64,000 nucleotides of DNA from the NCBI GenBank assembly GCA_028534125.1, contig CM052828.1, positions 5,208,001-5,272,000 of the forward strand, given 5' to 3'. This DNA is from Lama glama. Lineage: Eukaryota. The notes beneath the pieces are model-generated. The model saw nothing but the letters and a program-made list of their open reading frames with translations, did no database searches and was not told where the DNA came from. This document shows, piece by piece, positions 1-12,130 of the stretch (within the stretch, counting starts at the first letter, position 1; the number at the start of each line of letters is the position of its first letter). The translations under genes were made by a program, and so were the position numbers.

Positions 1-1212
1 AGAAGTATGAGCCCACACTGCCTCGTGCAGACCCCACACCCTGAAGAACAAGGGGTAAATTACTCAGCCTCTTTCCAAGTCAATGCTCAGCACCAACTGA
101 ATTTGGTGGAGTGATTCACAGCAACTAACAAGAGGACTCCATCTGATAAGAGGTGGCCATAAGAGGTGGTCAGAGATGCTGTCGGCGGCCAGAAGCAGCT
201 GGGAGGACCCAGGCCATCACTCAGAAAGAGCAGATGCCACCTCAAGAACCTTACAGGATCCAAGAAACTGACCCATACGCAGCAAAGGCAGGACTTGGTG
301 CAGAGCAAAGACCAGAGAGAGTGGGGCTCTAAGCTCCGTGATCTGAGGTGGGTCCAACATAAACTTGTGGACTTCCAGTTGCTTAGGACCCAGCCAGCAG
401 TGAGAACCGGCCAGGGGCCTGGAGGGACCGTGGCAGAAAGAGGTCCCCACGCACACCTGCCAGGCAGAGCCAGCCCTTCCCGGCCACCGCCTGTGCCATG
501 CGTGGTCTGCCCTGCCGCCAGAGTGTGCAGGGTGCCTAGTCTGTCACGGTGACAGAGCAAAGGCCCTGCCTGGAAGGTGAGGGGGCGGTCACCGTCCTAC
601 GACCCCCCTGGAGGCAACTCAGAGGGCAGGAACGGGAGAAACAGACAGTCTAGGTTTTCCTTTCCGAGTAAACTAAACCAACCCGCTGTCCTTTGGTCCG
701 GGGGTGGCGTGGCTGGGGACATACTGATTCGTGGTGCTCCTCCTGCACGAGGGCTGGCTGTGTGGGGCCGAGCAGGGAGGTGGGGACTACAAGTCTGGAG
801 TATGCACATTGTCGATTCCAGAAGAGTCCCTGGAAGGGGAGGCCTGGACTCCTAAGGTGATGAGAGATGGTGACCTCCACTGTGCCGGAGGCCGCAGCAG
901 CAGGGTTGCCAAGCTGGCGAGGAGAGGGGCTGCTCCCTTTGTTCAGAGCAGGGTTTGGAGACATGGTGGTCAGCCACAGCCACGCGGCCCCCGCCGGGGA
1001 GCTGCCGGGTGACCGGGGCCTGGGAGGGCCGGCCTGAGCAGGACGCACGAACTGGGGGCTGCAGCTGCAGGCCCAGTAGCTGCACGGTCTGCTGCAGGGG
1101 GCTTGGTGAGTGTGGGTGGGTCCTGGAACGCAGGTGAGGGGAGCCAGGTGCTTCCGGGGCTTCTGAGGGCATCCCCCAGGGCTGCTGCCACCTCCGGGGG
1201 CGGGGCTGGGCG
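1..1212 (-). other. SLC7A1: Proximal 3'UTR of SLC7A1 (incomplete)
   Basis: Follows the stop codon; no AATAAA seen on the minus strand here; contains miR-122-complementary sites. Confidence 0.85.
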
Positions 1213-1316
1213 TCACTTGCAATGGTCCAAGTTACCATCAGGAGTCCTTGCTTGGTCAGCAGCCAGGGACGCCTCCTCGCTGTGCCAGACCCCGTAGCCA
1301 AAGTAGATGAAGAAGC
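1213..1316 (-). CDS. SLC7A1: CAT-1 last exon (exon 13), coding part 104 nt including TGA
   Basis: FFIYFGYGVWHSEEASLAADQARTPDGNLDHCK*; ccacag| acceptor; stop at 1215-1213. Confidence 0.98.
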
Positions 1317-2692
1317 CTGTGGGGCGAGCAGAGGCCGGGTGAGCGGGGTGTGGAGGGGGCCTCTCTGGGTGGCCTGCCCCAGGCCTGAGCCTCCCGGGCA
1401 GCAGCCCTTGGGGAAGGGACACCGCTCTTCAAACAGGGTCACCTCTATGTGCGGCAGAGGCACGTCCTTCTGGGCAGCCTCCCGTGAGGGAGGCACCGAG
1501 CAGGGGGAGCTGCTGGGCTGGGGCCCGGGTCCCTCAGCCTCATCCACCGACCACCTGGCCAGGGGCCCCTCAGCCACAGGAGGGGACAGGACAGACCCTC
1601 CAGGAGTCTGACGGTCCTGGCCAGGGCGGCTTTCCAGCGGGAACCTATTTGTGCCATCTTCCAGCCCGTTTTCCCTATGTAGGTGTCTCAGGCAGGAGGC
1701 ATTCAGGTCTCCTGGGAATGCATGCAACCCATGAATCCAGTGTTCCAGCGCTGGGGAGCCGCAGAGGTCAGGGGTGGGGCCCAGAGACCTGTGCCCTAAC
1801 CACTCCCTCCTGGGGAAGGGGGTGCCCTTGTGTCAGTGACACAGGAGAGCAGACCTTAAAGGAAGGACCAGCCACCAAAAGCCCTGGAGAGAAGTGAACG
1901 CCTTGGAATCAAGGAGCTTCCATCGGGGACTCCGTAGGGAGCACTGCGGGCCGGCCTCGGCTGCTCACCAAACAGCTCCACAGGAGCCGAGTGCCTGACT
2001 AGACCCGGCCTAGGCTCCGCGGACAGCGAGTTGGCAGCCCACCCCGCCCCGAGGGCAGCACCGGGGCTGGAGGTGTGGCAGCAACATGGTCTGGAGGCCA
2101 CTGCTCTCATCAGGGACCTGGAGGTCAAGGCCAGTCCTCTGGGCATTGGCACCTGGCCTCTGACACTGAAGAAGGAATCTGAGTCCATCTCCACAGCCCC
2201 TGCTGTTGGAGGCCCAGAGAGGGGGCTACAGTGAGTGCAAAACGGGGCCAGCACCCACAGGGTGACACCCAGCCTCCCATGGGTCCGGCCAGTCCCTGCG
2301 GCCGTGGGCCAGGCTGCAGCTGCCGGCGGGGTGAGCAAACCGCTGCTTCACCAATGGCAGGCTCACGGGCTTGTTCTTAGAACGTCAGGCTCTCTCGCCC
2401 AACAAGATAACTAGTTCAGGCCAAAGGCTATTAAAATGAGAATCATCTAAAAGGGAGGGAGGACCCACAGCCTCCCAGAAGTTCCCTGCTCACTGAGAGA
2501 AAACCGCTGACTGCGCTGTTTCCACTGTGTTTTGAAATCTGAACCAGGGGAGGCTGGAGGACAAGGGCCACCCAGCAGGAGCAGGGGAGACAGGTGAGCA
2601 GCACAGACGGGGCGGGGCAGGGTGGGAGGGGCAGGCCGGGAGACACCAGGACGCTGGCAGGCAGGTCACAGCAAAACCCAGGACGCACGTAC

Positions 2693-2801
2693 CGATGAGC
2701 ATCCACACGGCAAACCGCACCCATGTGCCCTGGTCCAGCTGCATCATGAGATAGACGTTCACAAAGATGCTCAGGACGGGAAGAACCGGCAAGAAGGGCA
2801 C
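2693..2801 (-). CDS. SLC7A1: CAT-1 exon 12 (109 nt)
   Basis: [36 protein letters not shown]; tttgcag| acceptor, G|gtacgt donor. Confidence 0.98.
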
Positions 2802-2980
2802 CTGCAAAGACAGGAGGCGGCAGCGTCACCCGGCTGAGTGGGGAGCTCAGGACACAGGACTGCCTCCGCCTGAAGCATTCAGCAACACTGCCCGAGACAA
2901 GAGAGCACCCCTGACGCTCTTCTGGAGGCCGCGTCCTTGTGGGGAGGGGAGTGAGTGCCGGCTCCCACCCTGCACCCCTC

Positions 2981-3143
2981 ACATATATCCTGTACCCCAA
3001 ACACACACCCGTGCCCCCAAACACACACCCCATGCCCCAGCACATACCCCTGTACCCCCAAATACACTCCCCTGTACCCCAGGACACATGCCATTTCCCC
3101 AACACTTACCCCGTACGCCCAACACATTCCCCTGAACCCCCAG
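2981..3143. repeat. Degenerate minisatellite, ~20-21-bp unit, ~8 copies
   Basis: Repeated acacacacccc-tgtacccca variants. Confidence 0.8.
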
Positions 3144-3546
3144 CCCCACCCACAAATACACGCCCACACAGGCAAGTCCTGGAAGGTGGGAGTTTGGCTC
3201 TAATTTACTGATTGCCAAAGCGAGCTCTACTCGAACTCCTGCTTTATCTCAAAGACTGAACTATTTTATTATTTGTAGAATCTAAACATGCAGAAGCCCT
3301 GGTTATCTCCAAGACCTGGATGACATGCGACCCACCAGGGCGGACATCTATGAGAAGCCCCAGTGGACGAGGGGCCGGAAGGGGCCTTCTTCCACAGTCT
3401 GTCCTCTCTTGTCCCCCTGACCTGGCCGGCCAGCACCTCTTCCGGACACCCAGGCAGAGCCCACGTGGCAGGACAGCCTCCTGGAAGGAGTGCCAGGGTC
3501 ACGGCCTCCCAGAGGGCTCCCTCCAGCCGCCGGCGGAGCTGCTCAC

Positions 3547-3713
3547 CTTAAATGACAGCTTGGTCTTGCTCTCGGGCTGCCGCCAGATGATGGCCGTGAC
3601 GACCGAGCAGAGGAAGGCAGAGCCCATGAGCGCAAAGACTGCCCACAGCTCCCCTTTCGTCAGAGCCTCCTTTCCCAGCACGGCCACCATGCAGAAGGTG
3701 AGGATCAGAATCG
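3547..3713 (-). CDS. SLC7A1: CAT-1 exon 11 (167 nt)
   Basis: [13 protein letters not shown]...[13 protein letters not shown]; ctctcag| acceptor, AAG|gtgagc donor. Confidence 0.98.
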
Positions 3714-3958
3714 CTGAGAGGGAGAAAGAGAGACACAGTTCAATCATTTTCAAGTTCCCACAGACATCCTCAGCCCTCCCCAAAACCCGCAGAGAGGACG
3801 GCAGGCTCCGTTGCTGCAGGGAGCAACCAAACCGGGGCAGGATGAGTGACATCACCGCCCAGGAGCCACCGGGCCCTGGCCCACCCCCGTGGGCGTGAAA
3901 CCACGCGGTGCCCACAAGCGAGACCCCAAACACTGCTCGGGGAACAGGAGGGTCTTAC

Positions 3959-4176
3959 CTATGAGGCTGGTTGAGATGTTTACAATGAGACCTGAGAATT
4001 TGGAAGGGTCTGTATTTTTGGGCGAAAGCACACTTTTCCAAGAAAACTTTTCTGCTTCTGGTAAAAAGCCGGTCTGGGAGTCGCTGGTGCTGACCAGCTC
4101 GTTCTGGTCGGCCTGGTCCAGCTCTTCGGTGGTTCTGGCCATCTGGTATACCATGTTAGGCTGCTCTGGCTGATAC
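3959..4176 (-). CDS. SLC7A1: CAT-1 exon 10 (218 nt)
   Basis: [20 protein letters not shown]...IVNISTSLI; ttacag| acceptor, G|gtaaga donor. Confidence 0.98.
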
Positions 4177-5824
4177 CTGTAAGGCAGCACGTTGCCTGAC
4201 CATCATAATGTGCGTCAATTAAGCAAAAGGACACACGCTAATTGAAGCTCCTAATACACCTTCAAAGGTAAGTTGCCTTGACACGAGGCATAAAACGGGA
4301 AGAAGATGGTCAGAATGACATATTCTCCAGCAAATGGAGACACAGGAGGAGTCCTGGGCCTCAGCTTCCGCTCCTGCTTCTGGGCAACACCCCCCTTGAT
4401 GTGTCTGTTTTGAGGCAACACTTGACCTCCACCATGAACCAGCCCAGAGAGAAGTACTGAGACAATGTCTCTTGCTCTGAAAAGTGGCACTGGCCCTTGG
4501 GTACTTAAGATATTCGGCCGCTTCAACAAAACGATGGCTGCAGGGAGCTAAAGGCGCAGCCAGAAATAGAAAGCCGTGGTATTGGGACCCCACTTGGTGC
4601 AGAGAGCCAGAGAAACGCGTCTGCGAGCTGCCGGAGTCGAGAAATTCTGTTTGGGAGATTTAATTGGATCACTTTATTTTAAAACTCCAAGTGCCTTAGA
4701 ATAAATAACTCTACAGAGCTGGGTGAAGGGCCAGTCTGTGGCAGGATTTCCAAGACACTAGCCACCTGCAAGGAAAGCAGTCATTTTAAATGAGGCCCCT
4801 TATCTGCTCAGCCGAAGTGAACAGAGCTCCCATCTCTTCCACTGACTTTGAAAAATGGAGCGCTTTATGAATTATTTTGCATATAATCTAAGAGCAAGTA
4901 AAAAGATATTTAACGATTTTTTTCCCTGACTGGCTCACTTTATGCAACACCATTCGGTCAGTTAAGAAAGTGGAGAGGATCTCAGAGAAGATTCTAGCAC
5001 TGAGCTCTTAAGAAGGAGTAAGTGGTCAGAAACAAGGAAACTAGTTTCAGCTGATTCTCCACAGCCACTGCTGGGGCTCAGGGCAGTTAAAGGAGCTGCG
5101 GGGCACATTAGTAACAGAATCAGGGGCCTCGCAAGTATAACAACCTGAAAAAAAAGCAGGGGGCACTCTTGCCAGGTGAGCAGCACCGAGAGTCTCCGTG
5201 AACACATGGAGGTGCTTGGGATGTCCGCGACCGGGGTCGTTCCTGGGGGCAAAGAAGCTGTCTCGCAGAGCACAGGAAATGGGAGCAGGGTGTGCTTTCA
5301 GAGGGGGCGCCACGGCAGCTGAGAACACCGGGACACCAAGCCTGGGCCCAGAACTGCCATCCACGGGGCCGGTCACCCACGCAACGCCAAAAACTGGCCC
5401 TCACTCCTCCAAGGGCGGCACAGTGTTGCCACAGAAGCATCACACTGACCCGCGTTCCACAGGTCTTGGGTTCTCCCAACTCTCACCAGGGCCAGGACCC
5501 AGTCTCCTCTGTCCTAAGAACCTGGACCAGGTGGAAATTATTGCCCTAAGCCTTCAAAAATTCTGATCCAAGGATCCAGGCCCAATAGGCAGGTCAATAA
5601 CCTGTCTCTATCCTTCCAACATCTGGTCAGAATACTCAGCACCTGAGACAGATGGGGCCACCGGACGCTCTTCAAGGATGTTCTCGGTAACTAGGCTCCC
5701 ATCTACCAGACCCACCCTCCCCCAGGCAGTCCCCGAAGGAGCTTTCCACAACCTGAATCACACCGTGAAAACCATGAACGTGAACCGTTAATAGGAAGGC
5801 TGGCAGTTAAAAGGAAATCTGCTA

Positions 5825-6076
<252 letters not shown>

Positions 6077-6179
6077 TTAAAGGGAAGCAAAGCTCAGGAC
6101 TGAGCCACACACGCAGTCCTCAACAGGGAACTGCAATAGTTGACATTTCTGTAGAGATTACTTTCATCAACTTGACGCT

Positions 6180-6342
6180 TTTTGATCCTCATGGCAATTT
6201 TGCAAGCTATCCCTACGCTAAAGATGGAGAAAGTGAAGTTCAGATACATTGGGAGACTTACCTAAGATCACACAGCTAAAAAGGGGAAAAGTCAAGACCT
6301 GAGCTAGGTTCTTATGGCTCTGAGTCCAGCGTGTCTTCCTCT
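6180..6342 (-). mobile_element. MIR SINE fragment
   Basis: agatggagaaagtgaagttcaga...acttacctaagatcacacagcta core. Confidence 0.7.
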
Positions 6343-7644
6343 ATAGTCACTTTAAAGCTTATAGTTTGATCTCCCATAATCAGCACAGGAAGGAAGTTAA
6401 GGCCAGTTTTCAATATGATGGAATTACATGTAAATACTGAAAAAACATTCACTATTTCCAATTCCTTAATCCCTTAAACATACCAGTCATATTCGGACAC
6501 ACAGTGTCCCTTAACCTGAGCATGTGATTGCTCTCAGGAATGTGGAATTACAAAACAAATGTGTTAAGTAATGAAAAACTAGCTCTCTTTCATAGTATAA
6601 TATTAATCCACAAAACTAAGCACACTTTGTTTGCCGTGGAGATAAATACTACTAACCATTCATTCATTTAAGATGGTCAGATGCCTTCCCAATGGCTACT
6701 GGACAAGTCCCTGGGGTACCACTGCGACGGGCACTGTGTCTTAATTTACAAAAGAGACCCACTGCTCTACTCACACCTGGGAAGGAACCAGCTACTTTGT
6801 CCCCCAAACCAGCCAGGAACCAGGAGCCAGCTCTCCACTCCCTGGGTGTGCGTCCTCACTCCCTCACCTCCCTGAGCCTCCGCTGCCAGAGTGTGCAGTG
6901 GGAGAGCCCTGCCTCTGGGCCAGGAAATGCAAGCAAAGGAGGAAACAGAAAGCAGACAGTGGTCTCCTCTCACGGCTCCCTTTTCTTATTCAAGGGCCCT
7001 TGGAACATATGCCGCTCAAAGGGTTTCACCAATTTCATCTCTCAAAACTGCCCTCCTGGCGAGGAACCTGTGATTTGATCGGATAAACCTCCCCTGGACC
7101 TGCCACTGTTGATCAGCTTAGGGGTCACGGCTCACCAGCGACACCCTCAGTGTCTCCTGGGGGACAAGCGGCACGTTTTACAAAACGTTGACCAGAAGGA
7201 TTCTCATTTTCCAAAGAATTCATGAGCTAAGGAGATGCATGGACGGTGAATTTCCAGTACCAACCAGAGGTCACCTGGCTTGTACCATGTAAGACACCAA
7301 ACCACCAAGGTCTACTCAGGACATTTGGGAAAGGGGGAAAGACACAGCACTTTGAAGGAACAGTGTGTGGTCTCAGCTCTGCCCAGCAAGATGATAATAA
7401 TAATTTAAAATAATCAAACTTTCGGAGAATTCCATCACATCCTCCATAAAACTGGCCCCTGTCTTTTGTCAAAAGGGCAGTTAGCTACCTTGCAATAAAC
7501 CAGCTTCCAAGGGTAAAAATCAAATGTTAACAAGACCAGTTACAACTCCTCACAGACCTGCACAGACCTCCCTCCTCACATTCCCTAGGGAATGATAGCT
7601 CAACTGTTAAAATACTGGCACGTGAAAATCATTCCAGTTCTTAC

Positions 7645-7784
7645 CAGCAATGGCACCTGAGGTTAACGTGGCGATTATTGGTGTTTTGGTTCTATTGTTG
7701 ATTCTGGCCAAAAATTTAAATAGCAGCCCATCTTCAGCCATGGCATAGATAACTCGAGGCATGGGAAACATGGAACCTAAAAGA
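7645..7784 (-). CDS. SLC7A1: CAT-1 exon 8 (140 nt)
   Basis: [46 protein letters not shown]; atccag| acceptor, G|gtaaga donor. Confidence 0.98.
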
Positions 7785-8429
7785 CTGGATGGGAAGAAAA
7801 GGCAAAATGCACCTGTTAAATAGCTCACCGAGAACAGAGGCACCATAGTGGGGCCACGCGGGTTACCTCCGCCCGGTGACGCCAGCGGCTGAAAGGCCAA
7901 CCAGCGCGCCAACCCCGGGGGAAGCGCGCGCTGCAAGTCCGCAGGAAGGGAAAGGGCGGAAGCGTCTGATGTCAGCTAGCGTGGCATCTAGATGTAATTT
8001 TTTGAAAGAGGAATATTGTATTTATTTATTCCTCCGAGTATTTCCAGCTGAATCAAACAGAAACTAAGAGCATCACTGCGTTCACGAGGATTCCTCTGTG
8101 GTCAATCGATACTGAGCAAACGCTTCCTGCAGGTACAGGCTGGCAGGAAGTACGGGAGCAAAATGCTTCTCATCCAAAGGCACTTACTCCCCTTTTCAAG
8201 GTAACCTCCACTTTACGGCCAAACTAAGGGCCAAAATACAGTGTTCGCGGAGGAGGCCTGGTCGGTGGTCACAGTCGGGACAGAGAGCCAGGTCAGTGAC
8301 GCAGACCGTGGTCGGGTGACCGACGCAGCAATGAGGGCAGAGAGCACACGGCCAGGCTGGGCAGCGGCTCTGCGCACCCGAGTGAGTCACACAGACAGCA
8401 CACCCGCCCTCCGGGGGTGTCCTCCTCAC

Positions 8430-8652
8430 CTGGTGGAAAGGGCACAGAGGGAGCCGACTGCCACCGCGTACTTGGCGCCCTCCCATCCCACGTGCTTGAA
8501 GGCATCAGGCAGGGGGCTGTCCTTGTCCAGACAGAAGTATGGCATCATGAGCGTGAGGGCGGCCGACACCCCGAAGTAGGCGACGAAGCAGATGAGCAGG
8601 GACGCCACGATGCCCACAGGGATGGCCTTCTGGGGGTTCTTGACCTCCTCCC
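8430..8652 (-). CDS. SLC7A1: CAT-1 exon 7 (223 nt)
   Basis: [22 protein letters not shown]...GSLCALST; cttccag| acceptor, AG|gtgagg donor. Confidence 0.98.
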
Positions 8653-9165
8653 CTGGAAGAGCAGGGAGTCAGCCAGGGGGCAGCAGGGGTGAGGGGGTCA
8701 CACCACCATGGGCCCCCAGACGTGCATGGCCCTGCGGGACCACGGACCAGAATACCCACCAGGCCCAGGGAGCATTCTCGGCCTTTACACTGCGGTTCAG
8801 CAGGGAAGAGACTAGTTTCCTTTGGCAGAGAAAACGTGGGAGGCTGGGGGAGCCTGGCCAGTCATCCCCCAAGAGGACAGTATTTCTAGTGGCCCCGCTT
8901 CTCCCGAATGGTGCCCAGATATGCAATCAGCTGCAGCGAGGCTGTCACTGTCCCGGGCACGTGGCAGCACGGCCAGGCATGTTTGTGATGCAGTTTCCTG
9001 CAGATACGGCCCTTCAGGGACGTGACAAATGGGGGCAGATGGACAGGAAGCTACAAATTACACGGGCCTCTTGGGTGCCAGCGTGGGCACCGGCGCAGGC
9101 CCCCAGGGAGGGAAACAGCGGCTGTGGCCAGAGAAGCCCAGCTGCATGCCAGGCGGCGGGCGTAC

Positions 9166-9287
9166 CTGTGGTCGCGATGCAGTCGAAGCCCACGAAGGCG
9201 TAGAAGCAGGTGGCCGCCCCTGACAGGACACCAGAGAACCCGAAGGGCATGAATCCACCGACACCTGGATTCCCCACCTTCGTGTCA
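9166..9287 (-). CDS. SLC7A1: CAT-1 exon 6 (122 nt)
   Basis: [40 protein letters not shown]; ttctag| acceptor, G|gtacgc donor. Confidence 0.98.
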
Positions 9288-10302
9288 CTAGAAAAAAGAG
9301 CCACAGGGATCACAGCAGCTGCTTCGTGGGCCTGAAGAGGAGCCCTTCCGAACAGGCGCCCCACCCGATGGCTCCCTCGGTGGCCTGGGGGCTGCCTTAG
9401 TGAACAGCCCCCGGATCGGCTGTACCGGCCACCAACTCCCTCCCTGGGGGACAGGCCTCCCTGCTCAGTGTGGCCCGGAGCTGCAGGGTGTCCAACCCAA
9501 AGGGGGAGGAACCACTCACCAAGACTTCAGTTCCTCCCCTTCATGGGGAGGAGCTGTCTTGAACCCTGGGGTGACCCTGGGGATGTGGCCACAGACAAAG
9601 CCACCGGATGCAAGAACTGGCTTCCTGGACCAGGGAAGCGGGGTGCTGGACTGACCGCCCACAGACGTGGACTAAAAGAACTAAACCTTTGTCTCGTGGA
9701 AGCCAGTGTTATCTGGGGGCTTCCATCCTAACCGACAGGAAGACCCAACAGAACTTTCTCAGCAGGTGTCTGTGCCCTGCTGATGCTCCCCTCCCCCTGC
9801 ACTGGGTCCCCATCCACGGGACACAGTGGGAAAACCAGAGGCAGCACAAGTCAAAGGCAGCCAGGAAATATCTGGGCACGGGATCACGCCTCTCCCCCGA
9901 CCACGAGACAGCCTGCCTCCCCGGCCGAAGGGAATGAACACCACAGCCAGGGCGGTCAGAGCCGCCTCCCACCCGCGGGCCGGGGCTCCTCTTCGCCCTG
10001 CAGTTGGGTCGGGAACTGCTCCACCCTTTCAGGGAGACAAGCAGTTTCATGAAAGTCCACGTGGCCGCTGTCAGAAACACAGCTACGGCTGGAAAGAGGA
10101 CGGAAGAAAGAAGCTCCCAGGTTCTAATAAAATGAGAGAGCAGGCTGCGCCCAGCCGCACAGCATCCACCTCTCAAAGCCGCCGCGGCAGCGCTCCTGGG
10201 GCTGCGGGCAGGGCTGAGCCGAGGGCCGCACCCGTGACAGTCAGCACCACCCACGGGCACAAGCCACCTCTTCAAAACAGGACTCAAACTAAACCTTGGC
10301 CG

Positions 10303-10439
10303 ATAACCAGGAACCTGCATTGGGTCCTGCCCTGTGAACGGCACCAATGGCCGGGACCCTGCATTGGGTCTGGGTCCTGCCCTGTGAACGGCACCAATAA
10401 CCAGGAACCTGCACTGGGTCGGGGTCCTGCCCTGTGAAC
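10303..10439. repeat. Tandem repeat, 44-50-bp unit, 3 copies
   Basis: ...cctgca(t/c)tgggtc...gggtcctgccctgtgaac(ggcacca) repeated three times. Confidence 0.9.
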
Positions 10440-11955
10440 AGCCCAGGAAGAGAGGCTCCCCAAGCTTCCAGTCTCCTGCGTTACTTCGAAGCATGTTTCA
10501 GACTGGCCTTACTCCACCCTGCATTAACGGGCACCAAGAGGCCTCAGGAATGCTTGGGGATGATGTATTCAAAGCCCTCATTTCTCTGTAATTGAGTTTT
10601 GTCCCCAGAAAGAAGGCTCTTTTATTTGAACTGTAAACCACACAATATTAGAGTCAGAGAAATTTCACACACTGGCTTCCTGTCTGTGTTCCAGCAGTGA
10701 ATTCGTTACATACACATCAATGCCTGACCCCTGATCAGGCCACCGGAGGACACGGCTGGACACCCAGTCCCCAGCCAGAGGCCAGCTTGACCTGTGCCCA
10801 CTGGGCTCCCCAGGGTGAGAGCTCGTCTCTCAGCCTCCCTTGCAGCTAGATTCTGCCAGTGGAATGTGGGCAGCAGGGACCTGTGTCTCCCACATCTGAG
10901 CACACTGTCCACCACACACCCTCTCCCTCCTAGGAGAGCTGGGTCACGCCCGTGCCCACAGCCCAGCTCCCACCAGGCAGTGAGGACAGTGTCCTCGGGG
11001 ATGTTCTAACAGCCAGGTGGACGATCTGGGTCTCAGAAAGCCTGTGTTTGGCTGTGCCGGCCAGCCACCCCAGACTGCTCATTTCAGGACCTGAGACATC
11101 ATCGTAAAGCCACTATATTTTATGAGGGTCTCATCAGAGTGGTTAACCATTAGCTGTAATTAAAAAAGAATTGTAGACAGAATTTAAACTTCCTGTTCTC
11201 CATCCTGGGACCCTAAAATTCACTCGAAAATCTGACAAAAAGATCAAAAAGATACAATACAATTGTTTGGCTTTTGTTTCCTGGCTAAGATAAGCTTGCC
11301 AGTAGGGTGCACTGAGAGGCCTGAAAAGGCACAGGGTCGAGGTCTGGCCAGTTGCCTGCCTCCAACCCTGGGTGTCCTGAGCCACAGGCACGGAAGGGTG
11401 ATAGGGCCACGGCTCCTGGGGCGGATGCGGCACAAGCTGAGTGCAAGTGACAGAGATGATTATAGTCACATTTTGATACTTTAGTAATTCTGAAAACCTC
11501 TGATAATAGTCTGTGATAAAAGTTCCACGCAGTTTTTCCCTTGTTCTATGTTATTAGAGAGGAAGGCATTTCAAGATAAAGTGGTCCCACCACCGTACTG
11601 CAGAGAAAATCCTTTCTGAATACAGAATTCAGTGGCTGACCATGAAACAGATTAGGAGGAAAAAGAGATTACTTGCTGGGTCTGACAATGATCCTCAACT
11701 GTGTACAATTTTGGAATTAGATGCAGATTCTGCTTTCCCTAATATCTTCCCCTGTCTTACAATGTTCAGTCAAGTACAAGGACATAAAACCTAACACAAA
11801 CTTCAGACAAATAAAACACCCTCAGCTACTTGGCTGCAAAAAATAAATAACAAAATATTCTAATTTAAATTATATTTTTTAGAAAAGACTTGTACTGTTG
11901 TAGCCAGTTACATCCCCCAAGGACATGGACGTCACACACAGAAGCCACGACTCAC

Positions 11956-12130
11956 TTGTTCAAGCAGAGATGACTGGACGCGTTCTGGAAATCCTCCTCC
12001 GTGAGCTGCCAGTTTTTAACGGATCCTTTCACAAACCCCGACACCATGATGAAGCCCAGGACCAGAACGTTGACACATGTGAATATTTTATTGACCATGG
12101 CTGACTCTTTCACACCCAGAGTTAAAAGCC
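11956..12130 (-). CDS. SLC7A1: CAT-1 exon 5 (175 nt)
   Basis: [16 protein letters not shown]...[11 protein letters not shown]; ttttgcag| acceptor, AA|gtgagt donor. Confidence 0.98.

Noticed and set aside
970-1215. Stop-codon readthrough (UGA-C followed by 80 open codons)
   Set aside because: Context is UGA CGC, not UGA CUAG; a long open frame is expected in a GC-rich UTR; no conservation evidence
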